Shown in pieces: positions 11,895 to 26,900 of a stretch of 64,000 nucleotides of DNA (the stretch's first letter is position 1; each line of letters starts with the position of its first letter). The DNA is from Eledone cirrhosa (taxonomy: Eukaryota). The position numbers were made by a program, and so were the translations under genes. The stretch is from assembly GCA_964016885.1 (NCBI GenBank), contig OZ024740.1, positions 121,148,001-121,212,000 on the forward strand, in the 5' to 3' direction. Below the pieces are notes generated by a model. The model worked only from the letters and a program-made list of their open reading frames with translations, did no database searches and was not told the DNA's origin.

Positions 11895-12260
11895 TGGCGG
11901 CAGCAGAGCAAACATTTTTGCAGCATTGTGTTACGGCCCTTTACTATCTGAATGCAAATTCCACCGAGGTCAACATTGCTTTCCCATCCCCTAAATTGTT
12001 GGCCTTGTGCCTAAATCATAAAACATTATTTACTGCGGTGGTAGCCATCTCATTGGCCTAGATGTATTAGGGAGCATCGGATAATATGCTTTGTGGCATA
12101 GAATTACGGTTATTTAGGTACTGATTTCAAATACCTTCGCGGTTATCGTAACCTTTCATCTTTACGTGGTCAATAAAATAAAGTACCAGTAACCTACTAG
12201 TGTAGATTTAGTCCATTTTTGCCTCCACCAAAATTATTGTTGTGTCGGAATCAGAAATCA
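11895..12260 (+). mobile_element. Two decayed copies of an abundant SINE-like repeat
   Basis: Shared core caaattccaccgaggtcaac..tttc(c)atcc and aataaagtaccagt; related copies at 17480-17625, 18780-18985 and 40262-40445 (-). Confidence 0.55.
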
Positions 12261-13058
12261 TGTCAAAAAATGAAAAAAACATTGCAGTGACTCATCACGT
12301 CATATATATGCCTATACATAACATACATACCGACATACATAGGTACATACATACCCATACATAACAACATAAATGGATACACACAAACGTGCATATATGA
12401 TTACACACATACACACATATATGTATACAGTCATACATACATTCAGGCATATATACATATATACAAATATATATATATATATATACATATATACATGCAT
12501 ACACACTACACACACACATAGACACACACGCACACACACACACATATAAATATATATGCCTTCTTTAAATCGATTGGAAAAAGCCTTTTTATGGTGAACT
12601 AATGTGGAATTTACAACTCGTGTATCCAAGATACATATTTTCATTTGTACATATTATGACATGTACAAAGGTCTATGTAACACGAGATTCGACGAAAAAG
12701 ATGTGAAATGGTGTGTGGATTCAGAAAAATAATATAGCAAATTGTGTCGACTATCCCGAATCCAATTTAATCGAGGTATATTGAAGTTATATAAAACATT
12801 TGAATCTTCCTCCATTTGAATTTCCTAACTTTAAAATACACACAAAATCAGGTGAATGAGTTATACATATACATACTTACATAAACAATAGTGTCACATT
12901 TTCTTTTCCTAAATAGTTATGTGCCTTCAATACATAAGGGAAAGTATGTTACATAAACGCGTTAAAAGTGAAGGAAAGGAGAAGGTCGTCACATCCTCCG
13001 AAGGAAGCAATATTTCCATTTGTTTTCCTATTGTTAATGTTATATATCTATCTATCTA

Positions 13059-13101
<43 letters not shown>

Positions 13102-13111
13102 TATATATATG

Positions 13112-13189
<78 letters not shown>

Positions 13190-13610
13190 AAGATCGGAAT
13201 TAAGAGTATTCCACAGTTCACAGTAATAATAATAATAATATTAGCTCAAAGAAGAATAGAGAATTTTCTTCTGAGCTCAAATGCAAATATATTACACAAA
13301 GAGAAGTGTGTTACACAGAGAACAATATCTACAGGTTTAGCAATTAAATAGAAAAAAAACTAAGTCAGAATCAAATCTCTGGATTAGAGTTTTAAATTAC
13401 CAACTTTATAACTATAAGTTTCCTGATACGATTCTCGCTTCGTTTCACCACCGACATGTGCAGTATAACAGCCCACAGGATCTTCAGTCAGCAAATGTGG
13501 ATACTGTTCACGACACATCTAACCTCATGGATAGAGAAATTGCTAAACCTGTAGATATTGTTCTTTATACAGTAACGGTAAAAATCACTTGTATATATAT
13601 ATATATATAT

Positions 13611-13800
13611 AACGAAGGAGATGTGGTAAGGAACCAGATGGACCATAACGTACTAGAGTATTCAATACCTAGAGTAGTAGAGTGGGTAATAGGAACAAGT
13701 ATGACCCCGACGGCAGAGCTCAAGCCGTTTCGACGGCTATTTCTGGACCGGAAATAGCCGTCGAAACGGCTTGAGCTCTGCCGCCGGTGTCATACTTTTC
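13611..13800 (-). mobile_element. Short PLE pLTR derivative with 5' fold-back (family of 53027-55504)
   Basis: Terminus aacgaaggagatgtggtaagg matches the reverse complement of 55485-55504; ~45-bp inverted arms 13698-13797 built from the HHR 3' half. Confidence 0.75.
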
Positions 13801-13841
13801 GCTATATACATATATATTTATATATATATATATATATATAT

Positions 13842-15497
13842 ATTGTTATACTTGGGCAGGGTCATATTGTTGTAATAATATTGCCAGAATTAATAACAGA
13901 ACACACTCACTGCTTGGTTGGTTTTCGCTTTTATATCAGTTAATTTATTCGATCCTCAATGTTTACCATTGACCGACCAACGGTCATAAATACAGATATA
14001 ATATAGACACAAACACATATATATAGTCTAACAAAGTTCTTTCGTTTCACATCTGCAACATCGTCAGTGGTGCTATTATGTTTCCTCCTGTTGTATTGTA
14101 TGTCTACGCCATCTTTATTTAATCTGTTTATTTATTTATTTATTTTTGTCTTCTTCTCTGCGCATGCGTTTGCGTGTGTGTATAGTGCGTGATGTGTGTT
14201 AGCGTTTGGGTGACTGTGTTTTGTTTAATGTATTCTATCCTAGTTTACTAGTGTGTGTTTATATGTGTTTGTTGTTATTGTGCTTTTGTATTTATTTATT
14301 TATTTATTTATTTATATCTCTCTTAGGTCAGTATTGTTTGTTTGGGTGTTGTTGTTATTCCATTCATTTTTTTCTGTTTAGCTTTGGCCTTCTCAGTTCT
14401 ATTTCACTGGCGTCTCTGATTTGCCTATCTGCTGGGTCACTTCTATGTTTAGATATTATTTTAATTTCTATGTTGTCTATGTTACCGTCATCTTGTTGTC
14501 TGGCGTTTTCGTATAGTACTGAATCGTTTTTTTCGCCCTTTTAGTTCCCTCCAGTGTTGGTCTATCCTTTCACTTATGCTACGAGCTGTCTCGCATATGT
14601 GTGTCGTTGTCATATTTCTGCAAGTACCCTCTGTACATCTTATGCTATAGACTACTTTTCTAGTTTTACAGTTTATCCGGGGGTTTACCTTACATATAAT
14701 ACATTTCCTATTAGTACAGTGGGTTTTCTTAAAAGGGTATGTTTTACCGATCAGGGATTTTATGGTGGTTCCTGGCTTTTCTACCACCTTAATCTTTAAG
14801 TGGGTCTTTCTCAGGGTCTTTCTACACAGGTTAGCTAATTTCCTTCCAGGGGTAGTGCCACGAACATGACACTCTAGTATCTCTGGTTGTCGTACCACGA
14901 AGTGGCTTTCCCTATCTTATGTTTAGTCCTATATAAGCTATTTCATGATTTGCTCCTGTAGAACGGGCAAATTTCTTTCATGTCAAGTTCTATGAGGGTC
15001 CTATACTTCTTCGTATACTCTGATTCTGTCTCTTTGGTTGTAGCCAGAGAACTGCATTCGGTTGATGAAGTGTTGGATGTGTCTTTCCATTTCTTTTGGG
15101 TTGCACATGCGGGACACGTTCTTCATCACTCGTACCATGTCTGCGATCAGAATATTAAATTTAGCACTACTGGATATTGCTGAGTTTTTGAGTATCAGGT
15201 ATGTGGAGGTCATGGGTTTAGCGTAGTGTGAGTGGAGAATTTGGGCTCTCTCGTCTATAGTTTTAATCCAGAGTTCTGTGTCTAATACAGGTAGTCTATT
15301 GTTAGGGTGTTTGGAAGGGTATTCGATAGTTACAGTTATACTCTGGTGTATGGAATTAGCTATCTGATGGATGCTTTCCATTGTGCAACATTCTAAATCA
15401 TACTTGTTAGTAAACTCCCGTGGGGATGTCCTTGTTACTATATTAATGTCGTCTACGTAACGAGAGTACATGATGAGGTCTATGGAGCTCTCATCAA
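13842..15497 (-). mobile_element. 5'-truncated, decayed Penelope/Neptune-type PLE
   Basis: ORF 15001-15471 YSRYVDDI..LPVLD..HYAKP (RT/thumb); ORF 14488-14898 CIIC..CKTRKVVYSIRC..HICETARSISERIDQH (GIY-YIG); terminus ttgttatacttgggcagggtcat beside (TA)n, also seen at 344 and 60151. Confidence 0.85.
14030..14070 (-). ncRNA. Degenerate hammerhead motif in the PLE 3' region
   Basis: ca-CTGACGA-tgttgcagatgtgaaac-GAAA-gaac-TT-tg; homologous to 60303-60345. Confidence 0.5.
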
Positions 15498-16330
15498 GAA
15501 GATATTTGTTGTTTTAATTTAATGTTTATATTGAATGATTTATTATAATGTATTATAATAAAATACACCGTATTTAAAATCAAGTATAAATGTATTGCAT
15601 TATGTAATAGAGATTCAATTGTATCACATTATAATGTGTATTAGAGCTAAGATTTTGAATAACTGAATTTAATTAGCTAGTTACCTCCCCTTACGCATTA
15701 GCTCCCCTTACTCACTTCCGGAAATTAACCGTTGGAAAACCTACATGTTGAACAACTATAGTCCATGAATAAGAATACAATAAGACTAATTTACAATCCA
15801 TTACTTCAACTAACTTAAAACATTCAATATAAACATTAACTAAAATATAATTCAACATATGTAATGGAAGAGGCTGCAATAACTTTGTTCTTTTCAACAA
15901 ACACACATTCAAACACTATCAACATACTACGTCCACCATAGATTTTAATACATTACATATTTGCTTAAAATACAGTAGTTATTTATCTATATATGCATAA
16001 TAACTTCGCTTATTTCCTTCTCATATATATGACTAACGCATGTGCACTTTCTACACGACTGCATATATATTGCTAATGTACTCTTTCTTTCTCAAAGATC
16101 CTTTCTATATGCCTCTTTAATTATTAGACTATTCTCTTATATTATCTGTTGCATGTATTCCACTCTTTGATTTTAATTTCAATTTTAATTTTTGTACAAT
16201 TCTCGTAAAATATATGTCACATCCATTCCACCCTGTAAATACGAAACTGTTCCTCACAACATCAATATATATGTATCTGTATTATTGTTCAGTTGAATAG
16301 GAGGTTAATTACATGTATAAACATTGATAA

Positions 16331-16377
16331 TGCTCCGATGACCTCAAATGAGAGTTTGGAAGAAACGATTGTCAGCT
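16331..16377 (+). ncRNA. Minimal hammerhead, U4C variant, in an orphan PLE 3' end
   Basis: gct-CCGATGA-cctcaaatgagagtttggaa-GAAA-cgattg-TC-agc, shortly before (TA)n. Confidence 0.6.
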
Positions 16378-16413
16378 ATTAAATGATTTGAACACAACTT
16401 TGATAATTGTCTA

Positions 16414-16544
<131 letters not shown>

Positions 16545-17108
16545 TGTGTGTGTTTGTGTGCGTGTGTGTGTGAGTGTGTGCAGAAACTCAAACTGGAAAT
16601 AATAGAATGGTTTAAGTTAATACTAGACAACATTACTAATACAATTATACAAATGGTCATGAATGACACTATCTGTATTTGTTAATGCTCTTAGGTTCGC
16701 CAAATCGAATTACCAATATCACTGATTTTGGAATTAATATAATTTTCCACACAATTAAAAGGACTGGGAATGACATAGTTGGTGTCTGGATAAAAATCAA
16801 GCAAACTTATTGCTATAAAGACTAAAACTATAGCATTCACTGGAATTATGGAAACATTGGACTATTCCATATAATCCCAAATATAGGCTACATTATATTA
16901 CGTGCGGCTTATATAGATACGATCATCTAAACTTTTTGAAAAGGTTTAACGTTTAGAAATAGATGAATTTCGAAAAATCTAAAAAAAAAAAATGAAGAAA
17001 CAACTCACTCAAAGCTCATCGTTGTATTATTTCTCCTAAGAGATATTTACTTCTTCATAGCCAAATTGGATGCTGTAGCACTAGCTCTACCTATTTGCTA
17101 CATTATAT

Positions 17109-17155
<47 letters not shown>

Positions 17156-17325
17156 ATGTGTGTATATATATATTTATATAATATAATGTGTGTATGTGTG
17201 TATGAGTGTATACACATATAGGAAATAGAAATAGAAGGGGGCTTATACGTACCGTTATTAGATTATCTTAATATATGTATATACAAATATAGAGAGAGGG
17301 ACAGCGAGAGACTGTGTGCGTAAGC

Positions 17326-17373
<48 letters not shown>

Positions 17374-17944
17374 CGTACATGCACAGATATATACACAAAT
17401 ACACACGTGTGCACATATTTGACAGTGGGAGGGGTAATCATATTGGAAGACTCGGAATTGTAATATATTCAAACTAAGGAAGCAAGTTAGCCAAGTGGTT
17501 AGAATGTTAAATAAAATGCCTTGTGGTATCCATTCTTGCTCCCCCCGCTCCGAGTTCATTCCGGCCGTAATGAAATTTGCCTTTCATGTTTTTGAGATCG
17601 ATAAAATAAAATACCAGTTCATTACGGAGTATGATTCCTCATCTCACTTTCTCCTTTTCTCTGGTATGTGATCTGATATGGAGAGAGAAAGGCGCCGCCC
17701 GGTTTTAAATTTCTCATATATCATGACAGTGCGTTCATCACTCCATCAGCAGATGGACTAATAATGGAAGGATGAAATGTTTAAATTACGAAAATAATAC
17801 ATTGCACTATAAACGATTCATTATGTCCTGAGAATATAATTCAGCTATATTTCAAAGTACGTTCGCATGAAATACAATTAGGAATATTATACAAATAAAA
17901 AAAATTAAATATCAAACATTTCAAATCATCATATTTCTTGTTTT

Positions 17945-18780
17945 TCTTCTTCTACGTCACCCATTCATTCCGGAGTGGGTCATGGCGGCAGAGTCTTCAA
18001 ACATTCCCTCCTTCGGAGGGAGTGTTTATTCCAAGTCTATCTTAGTACATTTCTTTATTCTAAATCTATCTTAGTACATTTGAGATGGATAATGCATGGC
18101 CTGATTCCTGAAAGCTTGTTGGAGACAGAAGAGTAACATTCCATCGATCCTGCTCAGGGTCAATCCCAGGGATCTCCTGCCGGTTTGTTTTACTCTAACA
18201 ATCAGCCTAGCGATCCTTTTCTGAGATATTCTAACGACGTGGCCATAATATTGGAGCTGTGATCACTCAATTCGGAAAATTAGTGTCTCTACCTGGAGTA
18301 ATTCTTCGAGCCACGCACTCTATCAAGCAGCGATACTCCAAAGACTCTTCGAGGAACTCCATTTCGGCCGCTTGCATTCGCAATCGTATTATTTCGGTTT
18401 TTCCCAAGATTCATGATCATAGGCAAGGCGTGGAACAAATAACGAATTGAAGATAGTGAGTGTGACTTTTACACCTACTTCCTTTCTTATGATCACCAAA
18501 AGCTGGAGCTGGCATATTACTGCACGTGAACAAGGTCCTGAAATACTTAAACTACTCCATCTGCTTTAGTAGAAATCTATTCACATGTAGAGTGTACTGC
18601 CAGCCTTTCTTGAGAATACAAGTGTCTCAGTTTTCGCAGCACTGATTTTCATTCTAGTCATAAAGCACTTGGCATCAAACCTACAAATGCGAGTCGGAGA
18701 TCACCTCCTGTTGAGTTAAGTAAAATTATGTCATCTGCAAATTTATCTATTTAGAGTATTTTCCTTCCAACAGAGAGATG
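17945..18780 (-). pseudogene. Decayed RTE-like LINE RT fragment
   Basis: Minus-strand remnants FADDIIL (18722-18742) and FKYF (18541-18553); many disruptions. Confidence 0.55.
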
Positions 18781-21110
18781 CCCAGGATTAAATGCTCAGA
18801 TATTTGTTCCTGCTCATTTCATTCTGAGTATAAATTCTACCGAGGTTAACCTTTCCTTTCATCCTATCGGCGTTGATATATTAAGTAGCAGACCAGGGAC
18901 AGTGCTTTGGTGGAACTGTTAAAGAATCGGAAGTGATATTTTGTGGTATCCGATCCGGCTTTGTTCTTTCTGAGTTCTAATCCTACATTCTTCATCTAGG
19001 AGTTATGACCGGCAGATATATTCAGCAATTTTTAAACTCATAGAGTTATAGACTCCATGAACCAATCTGGAGATTGGTGCCTTTTATAACACATTTACGA
19101 TGAATATTTCTCATTACTCGTTGAAGAAATATTGAAATAAAGTAAAAACAGAAGTTCTTAAATGAAAATAAAACAATTCAGTTAAATATATTAAAATGTA
19201 ATCCCAAGCCTGGCACATTGGTGGCTGTATTGTTTCATGTAGTCGGTTGCTGAAGTAAACACTTCTCGTACGAAAGTTAAGGACTATTTAGTTTGATAGT
19301 AACATAAGCGTACCCAGTTTTAGAATATTCAATAATTTGTGCAAAACGCTAAAGCTTCAACATCTAAAATTGAACTCGATTTAGCCTATTATTTATAACA
19401 TATCACTGTTAAGATGTATATTGATAATACGTTATACAGAACCTTATATTCTTTGTGCATATAACACATACACTTCTTTCCCGAACAATAGATAGATATC
19501 TCATAAGTTGTTACATTTTTCATTAGAACTTCTTTGATATAGATAAACAAACGCATCCAACGTACATATACACAGACAGAACACACAGACCTGTGCGTAT
19601 GTGTGTGGTTTATATATATATATATACATACATATATATATATATGTGTGTTTGTGTTTTGTGTGTATATATGTGTGTATGTTTATATATACATATGCAT
19701 ACATATGCATTTGTAAAAAAAAAGAAAGCTCGCTTCATTTTTCATTATTGCACCCAATAATATCATATAAAGTTGATGTTGGGAAAGAAATACATGCCAA
19801 CAGATTACTAGCACATGATAGCACAATTAAATAAGTAAACAAAACAAATGATGATATAAAAAATAAAGACAGCAAATACCTAGAAAATATTGCGAAGAAA
19901 ACCCCCTTCCCCAAGAAAACTAAAATGTAAAATAATATTATAAAATACATTTGAAACCTAAACAAGAGCTGATCACTATATGACACTACGCGTAATGAAG
20001 AGTTACTAGATAATTAATGGTTTTCTTAGCAAATAGAGTGTGTAAAATGGAAGTCTAAGAACGCAAAACTATGTCAAGTAATCATTATAAAAATAGTAAT
20101 AATGTAGGTTCTGAAATATATTTGAAGTCTTCTCTATTTTGTTAACATGTAAAACAAATTGAACAATGTTCGTTCTAAACATGGTGTCTGTACAAATGTA
20201 ATTTATTGATGCTAATTATTATTATCATTATTATTGTGTAATGTTAAAGAAACATTTAAGTAAATTGAGTGACTAGAAGAATATATAATACTTTCTGTAA
20301 CATTTACGTTTGATTTTGAAGAACATGCCCTAAACAACCAAAGAGTATTTGATTGTATAGCTAACCTTAGTCGTAGGTCATCCTCCTATTCTAGCTGCCA
20401 CTACCATGGTCGATCTGTCATAATTCTCTCCAAACCTGAGTAAATGGTCCCTCCCAGTCTGAGATCTTACTGGAATCTTCTGCACCAGGAGTCTCTGTGA
20501 CAGTACATCCTGTGCTTTCCTTCTCTGACATTACAGGTATCATGCCAAGTGTTTGGCAGGCGGAGAGTCTGATCCTCCAAACAAAATCAATATTATATAC
20601 CAGATAAATATTGTGTTTTTTAATCAAATGAACTTTAAAAGAAATATTGAAAAGGTTTCATTAATTTTATACAAATTACATGGAACTATGTTAGCTTTTG
20701 AGAGCTTCTGGTAAACGGTTATCCAGTACAACCTGTCAGTGACTAACCAGCGAACCCATTATGCATACGTGGTGAGAGGTGGGGTTTTGGGACACCTTGC
20801 AGGGAAGAAAAACAAAGCTCATCAAATGGCATATATTTTCCTATTTCCCACTCTACTACCCTATGTATTGAGTACTCTGGTGTGTTATGGTCCATCTCAA
20901 TCTTACTACAGTTCCATTTGTTATATATATATATATACCTCTTCTACGGCCTTGATATAAATACCGCCTCTGCCCCCGTGGTATTTTTTTCAGGGTGATA
21001 AGAGGCTTAGCTCTGTTTCATGACCGCTATATCACGTGATTGACTCCCTTCCACCTTTCGGGATTCTATCTCGCATCTTACGGACGTGTTTTAAAACCCT
21101 TAATGAGGTT

Positions 21111-21203
21111 TCCTCTTGATAAGTCGGCAGACCTCACAAAAATTCTATATCTCTGTGATATAGTGTTTTTGCATAATATGCCACGAAACTACGTAGTCGG
21201 AGA
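21111..21203 (+). ncRNA. Hammerhead motif with U3-A8 covariant core
   Basis: tcctc-TTGATAA-gtcggca...tgccac-GAAA-ctacgtag-TC-ggaga; palindromic stem III; upstream of (TA)n. Confidence 0.6.
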
Positions 21204-21273
21204 CCAAAGAAGCAGTTGGGTATGATATATCTTATTACTAATCATATCTAATGTTTCTTCTCTCTTCATAATG

Positions 21274-21880
<607 letters not shown>

Positions 21881-22659
21881 TATTTATATATATATAGCTT
21901 AGGTGGTTGATGCTTTGTTGAATACTTTTTCAGATTTTTATGGCGTTTTAACATATTGTTTAGCTCTGTTTTTTTTAACTATGGAGCGCTTGCCAGCATA
22001 ATTCTAATTTTTGCCTTTCGTTTCGCTTTTTCTACCCGCCGAAATGCGATTCTCGCTAAATTTATATTTGTATTAATCTCCCGAGTCTTACAATTAACCT
22101 GTTAATAATTCTATTGACGGATAAATTGCATAAGTCTATTTTAAAAACTACTCGGTTGAGTGCTTATTAGATTTGTGCTATTTATGCAATTTTTTGCATG
22201 ATATACACATACTGAATTAATTTGCCAACATCTGGGGTTTTTCCCCTTGTGAATTACACATGTGCTTTTACGAAGCTCTGTGTCATTCACAAATTTGGTA
22301 CAGAGCAAAATACCTGTTGATAAGGTGATAATCCTTGTTCGATCATTATACCTAAAGCTTATAGTTTTAAGCAAACAGTATTATTGATTTAGGTGACATA
22401 GAAACCCTGCATTTTACCATCAATTACAATCGGTCCAGGTCTGTTTTTTTATCATTTATTTTGTTTTGACCTGTTTAGCTTGATTTGGTTTGTGGCTTAG
22501 GTGGTTGATGCTTTCTTGATCACTTTTTCAGTTTTGTATGGCGTTTTAGCATATTGTTTAGCTCTGATTTTTTAAATATGGATCTCTTGCATGCATAATT
22601 CTGATTTTTGCGTTTCGTTTCGCTTTTTCTACCCGCCGAAATGCGATTCTCGCTGAATT

Positions 22660-22763
<104 letters not shown>

Positions 22764-22839
22764 TGTGTGTGCGTGTGTGTGTGTGTGTGTGTGAGTGTGT
22801 CTGTGTGTGTTTGTGGGTGTGTATGTGTGCATTTCATTC

Positions 22840-23930
22840 CAAACACCCATTGCCTTGCCGTAGTATCCAGTGATAAAAAAAAAAATTTCAGATTAAACCT
22901 TGCGGATAAAACTACATTGAAGCATATCTCACCACCATTTGACACCAAATTTATTGCTCTGTTCTCCTCCGAACCAAATAACTGAGGCCGAGATAGCACT
23001 CTGTTGAGGAAGCGATGGCTATGTTTTCAATCTCGCATGCGTGCTAACAAAGCCAGGGTGCATCAGTTATCCACCAGATAATTCTTGTTTGCTGACGATA
23101 CTGTCCGAACTGCCATCATCGAAGTATTTCTCCCCACAAGAAATCTATCGGTAGCTTCGCATGTGCATACAAACAATTTGGTTTGGTCACCAGTCACAAG
23201 AAGTTAAAACTCATGGCCATAGCCTCAGCATCATACAGAAAGGACTATTGGCGTCTTTACTCACAAATTAGTGCCAGAATACACATACTTCGGTTCCAAA
23301 TTATCCAACAATTTATCTTTTGGCGCCGAGTCAGTAAATATATTCGGAAAAACAGTGACAGTAATAGCTAGCCTGGCAAAGAGGACCTGGAACAACATTA
23401 TGCGGACCATCAACACGAAAGTAATATGCCGAAAGCCTGCATATTACTACATAGTGGTAAATCATGCGCCTGCTATATTCATCAATAGCACAGACTCAAC
23501 GACTTTCCTCTGCACTGGCTCAGAAGAATCCTTGGTATTACATGGTAAGATCACGCCCCCAATAAAACTGTTTGCTGTTGTTGTTTGGCGGCTGTTGCGC
23601 TGGCACGTTCACATGAGTCGAATAGATGACTGCCGAATTCCAAATCACATGTTGTACGGTTAGATTTCAACTGATTCACAACCTGTAGTGAGGCTTAACC
23701 TCCGCTGAAGGCAGCATATTCTCTCAAATCACTCCTCAGAACCAGGCGTTCAGAAGATTGAGAGAAGGAGGGACGAGTATTGGAATGTGGGGGAGAGGTT
23801 ACAGTCGACAGATGGCTGTATTAGCATACACACTGTCATGTGTGGAGTTCAAATGCAACAATTATAAAAACATGTATGTACAGCAACATTAGATGCTAAG
23901 ACTCAATGGGAAACTGAAACCATGGTGCAT
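22840..23930 (+). pseudogene. Decayed RTE (BovB-like) LINE 3' fragment
   Basis: Remnants FLFADD, YTYFGSKLSNNLS, LRWHVHMSRIDDCRIPNHMLYG. Confidence 0.65.
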
Positions 23931-26900
23931 ACTACATCGTCACAAAAGGCATGCGTAAGCCATCCAAAATATATTGAACATGCAGTATATACAACAAGAA
24001 TCTAACCAACTGTAATTATTCCTGTTGTCCGCTGACTGAACAAATCCATCCATGTCAGGAATATACTCTAAGTCCATTAAGGCTAAATTCATACATCATA
24101 CACTAACGGGATCATGTATTTCACCTACCCTACTTTATATATCCATATATGTATAATATTTCTAACTGCTGTCAAAGTGTTGTCATGTCGATGACACCTT
24201 AAAAGTGTTATTGCAGCATATGTGATGTTAATAACTGCTTCATCACGAAAATGCATATATTATCACAAATATATAACACACACATTTTGGAGAAGGATGA
24301 ATAGATATCAGTAGTATAAGCTGTTTCATATTATGATAAAATGCACTAGCTATGCCTGAGCCAGCACCTATTGACAGTCATTTGTATATTCTAATGAAAA
24401 GCAGATATGTAATAGTGTTGATTAAATGTTCAAATATTCAAAGACTGGTATATTTGTCGAGGGATTTGACTTTTGCATGGTACACATATTGATTATCAAC
24501 GAGGAGGCACCTGCCAGGACAAGTTTTGGCAGATGGAGCTGAAGTTTTTAAGTCATTAACGAACGTATGTTTCATACTGATTTAGGGCATTAGTTTCGTG
24601 GTTTTTCCTTTGGCCTAATCATAAAATAATTTAAATCTGACGCAAATATAACTTGTGAGGTAGCCATGAAAATAATATTCTGCATTTACATTATGTAATG
24701 ATACTCATATTATATGTAGATAAATACTTTTTATTTTGAATGTTTAATTATGTTTATTACATATTGAAATTCTGGAAAATGAATCACAGTGATGTTTGGA
24801 AACTAAGCACTGATATTCCTCAATAAAGTAATAATAGTTATCGCTTCTTGATAGAATATACATGGCAGTCTTAATGATAAATTCGATATTAATTATGTTT
24901 ATAGGAGAATGTTTTAATTATAAATTTAATTAAATTATTTCAGGGAACAGCTGGTAGACAATATGGTCAAATATATTCCTTCAGTCACTCATCATAATCT
25001 ACATCATCATCGCATAACGTCCACCATTTCAGATAAATTTGTTAACTATACTATTGTTAACAACTTTAGGCTCGAAATGGATCTTACGAATTTTGGAAAA
25101 AGGACGTAGGTGTTTAAAATCAACCTATATGATAATTAGTGGTTAGAATTTACAAAATTTCCAAACACCATTCAATACAACACACTATGTCATGTCAGAG
25201 TTCATATTGTGGTCTTCACTAATGTCTTAGATGTTATTTGACATTTGGAACATATCTCACTCATCATAGCTAGAACAACTACCTATAGCATATTGGCTAC
25301 ATCAATCATCGCTTAGCTTGGACTAACCTAAAATAACAACATCAGCCGTGAACATTAAGTTAATACAATATTATATGATATGTTATTTTACCAGAAATAT
25401 TTCCACAACATTCTGTAGAACAGATATGCAATCTTAAGCAACGTCGCTGTTTATACATGAAAAGAATAATATACATTCCGATAATAGACATAACCTAATG
25501 AAATATACTTTATATAGTTTGCCCTGCAGACCTTTCACATCTCAAAGTTGTCACATGAGTGTATTGGAAAACATTTACGCATAATATGTTTGAATGCATG
25601 CGTATCAATACAAGAAGACGTACATATACAAATAAATGTATACAGATTCACACGTCTTCACAAATAAAAAAGATGTATTCATATACATGTATGCAAACAC
25701 ATATGTGTGTATAAGCATACGTTTACGCACTGTTATATATATACAAATAATCAATGCGATCTTTCGGTAGAAATATTTTCATAATCATTACACGATAATT
25801 GTCATAATATAATCACATTTTGTTATTTTGTCTTTCAAATTTTCTTTCATTTTGCTTCGTTATTTTCGCCTCTTTTTTTTATCCTTCCTTACATAGATTT
25901 CTTTGTTTCTGTCTTTTAATTTGGGTTTATTGTATTGTTATCGACTATTTAAAACGAACATAATTCATATGCTGAACATATCCAGTTAACAATAACGGTG
26001 AAATATTTGTCGCGCCAAGAAATGACAACAACCTGTTGTCAACACAACATCGGTTCAGGAAGAATTTTCTCAGCAAACTTGTTTGCTCTAACCTGATTGT
26101 TTTGCTTCCTTTAACGTCCAAACTAAATAATTAATTTCAAGGAAATTCTATCGATGTAACATAATTTACTTAACGGTATTTTATGATATATCCTGTCTTC
26201 AGCTGACACCAATAAATTATGAGGTGCACACACATTTTTACCACAATGACATGTGTATATGTACATAATTTCGGTCTTCTGTTTCTGGTTGAATTTATGT
26301 GTGCTTGTAAAAGTGTGCTTGAATATATGCCATTCTCTTTCTTGTTGACATAAGTGTTAAAGTAAGTATATTTTATTCATATAATTTCGCCATATTTATT
26401 TCAAGCTAAGAGTGATTATATTTTCTTAAAAGCTTCACTCTCCTTACAACACAAACATTAATTGTGTGATATCGGTGTGACTGCAATTTATCCGAAGACG
26501 TTAACACTTAATAGCAATAAAAAATGTATTAGAGATAGAATACCATATAACACACAATCTACACTCCTATACATTTAACATTAGTGATCGTGTGAAATTT
26601 GATGAGTTAAAGAAGTGCGTCGATTCACGTAGAGTTCTAAAAACGCTGGTTAAATATAGGTGATATTTAATATTTTAGCAAAGTTTGAATGATATGAGAA
26701 AATTAGGTTTTAAACTATCTGTTTGTGAACCTTTAAAATGTATATTTATTTACATTTATATTCCCGGTGTCCAATGTTGTATATAATTTATTTTTAAATG
26801 CTGCTATTCGGGGATAATATGAGGTTTTATCATCAGTAATTCAACATATTCATAAAATAATACTGGTTTTATTCGTATGTTTCGAGATAAAATCACCCGT

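Noticed and set aside
20400-20627. Host exon or Gypsy integrase remnant (DWEGPF)
   Set aside because: Short, no convincing frame or splice pair, no supporting neighbouring domains
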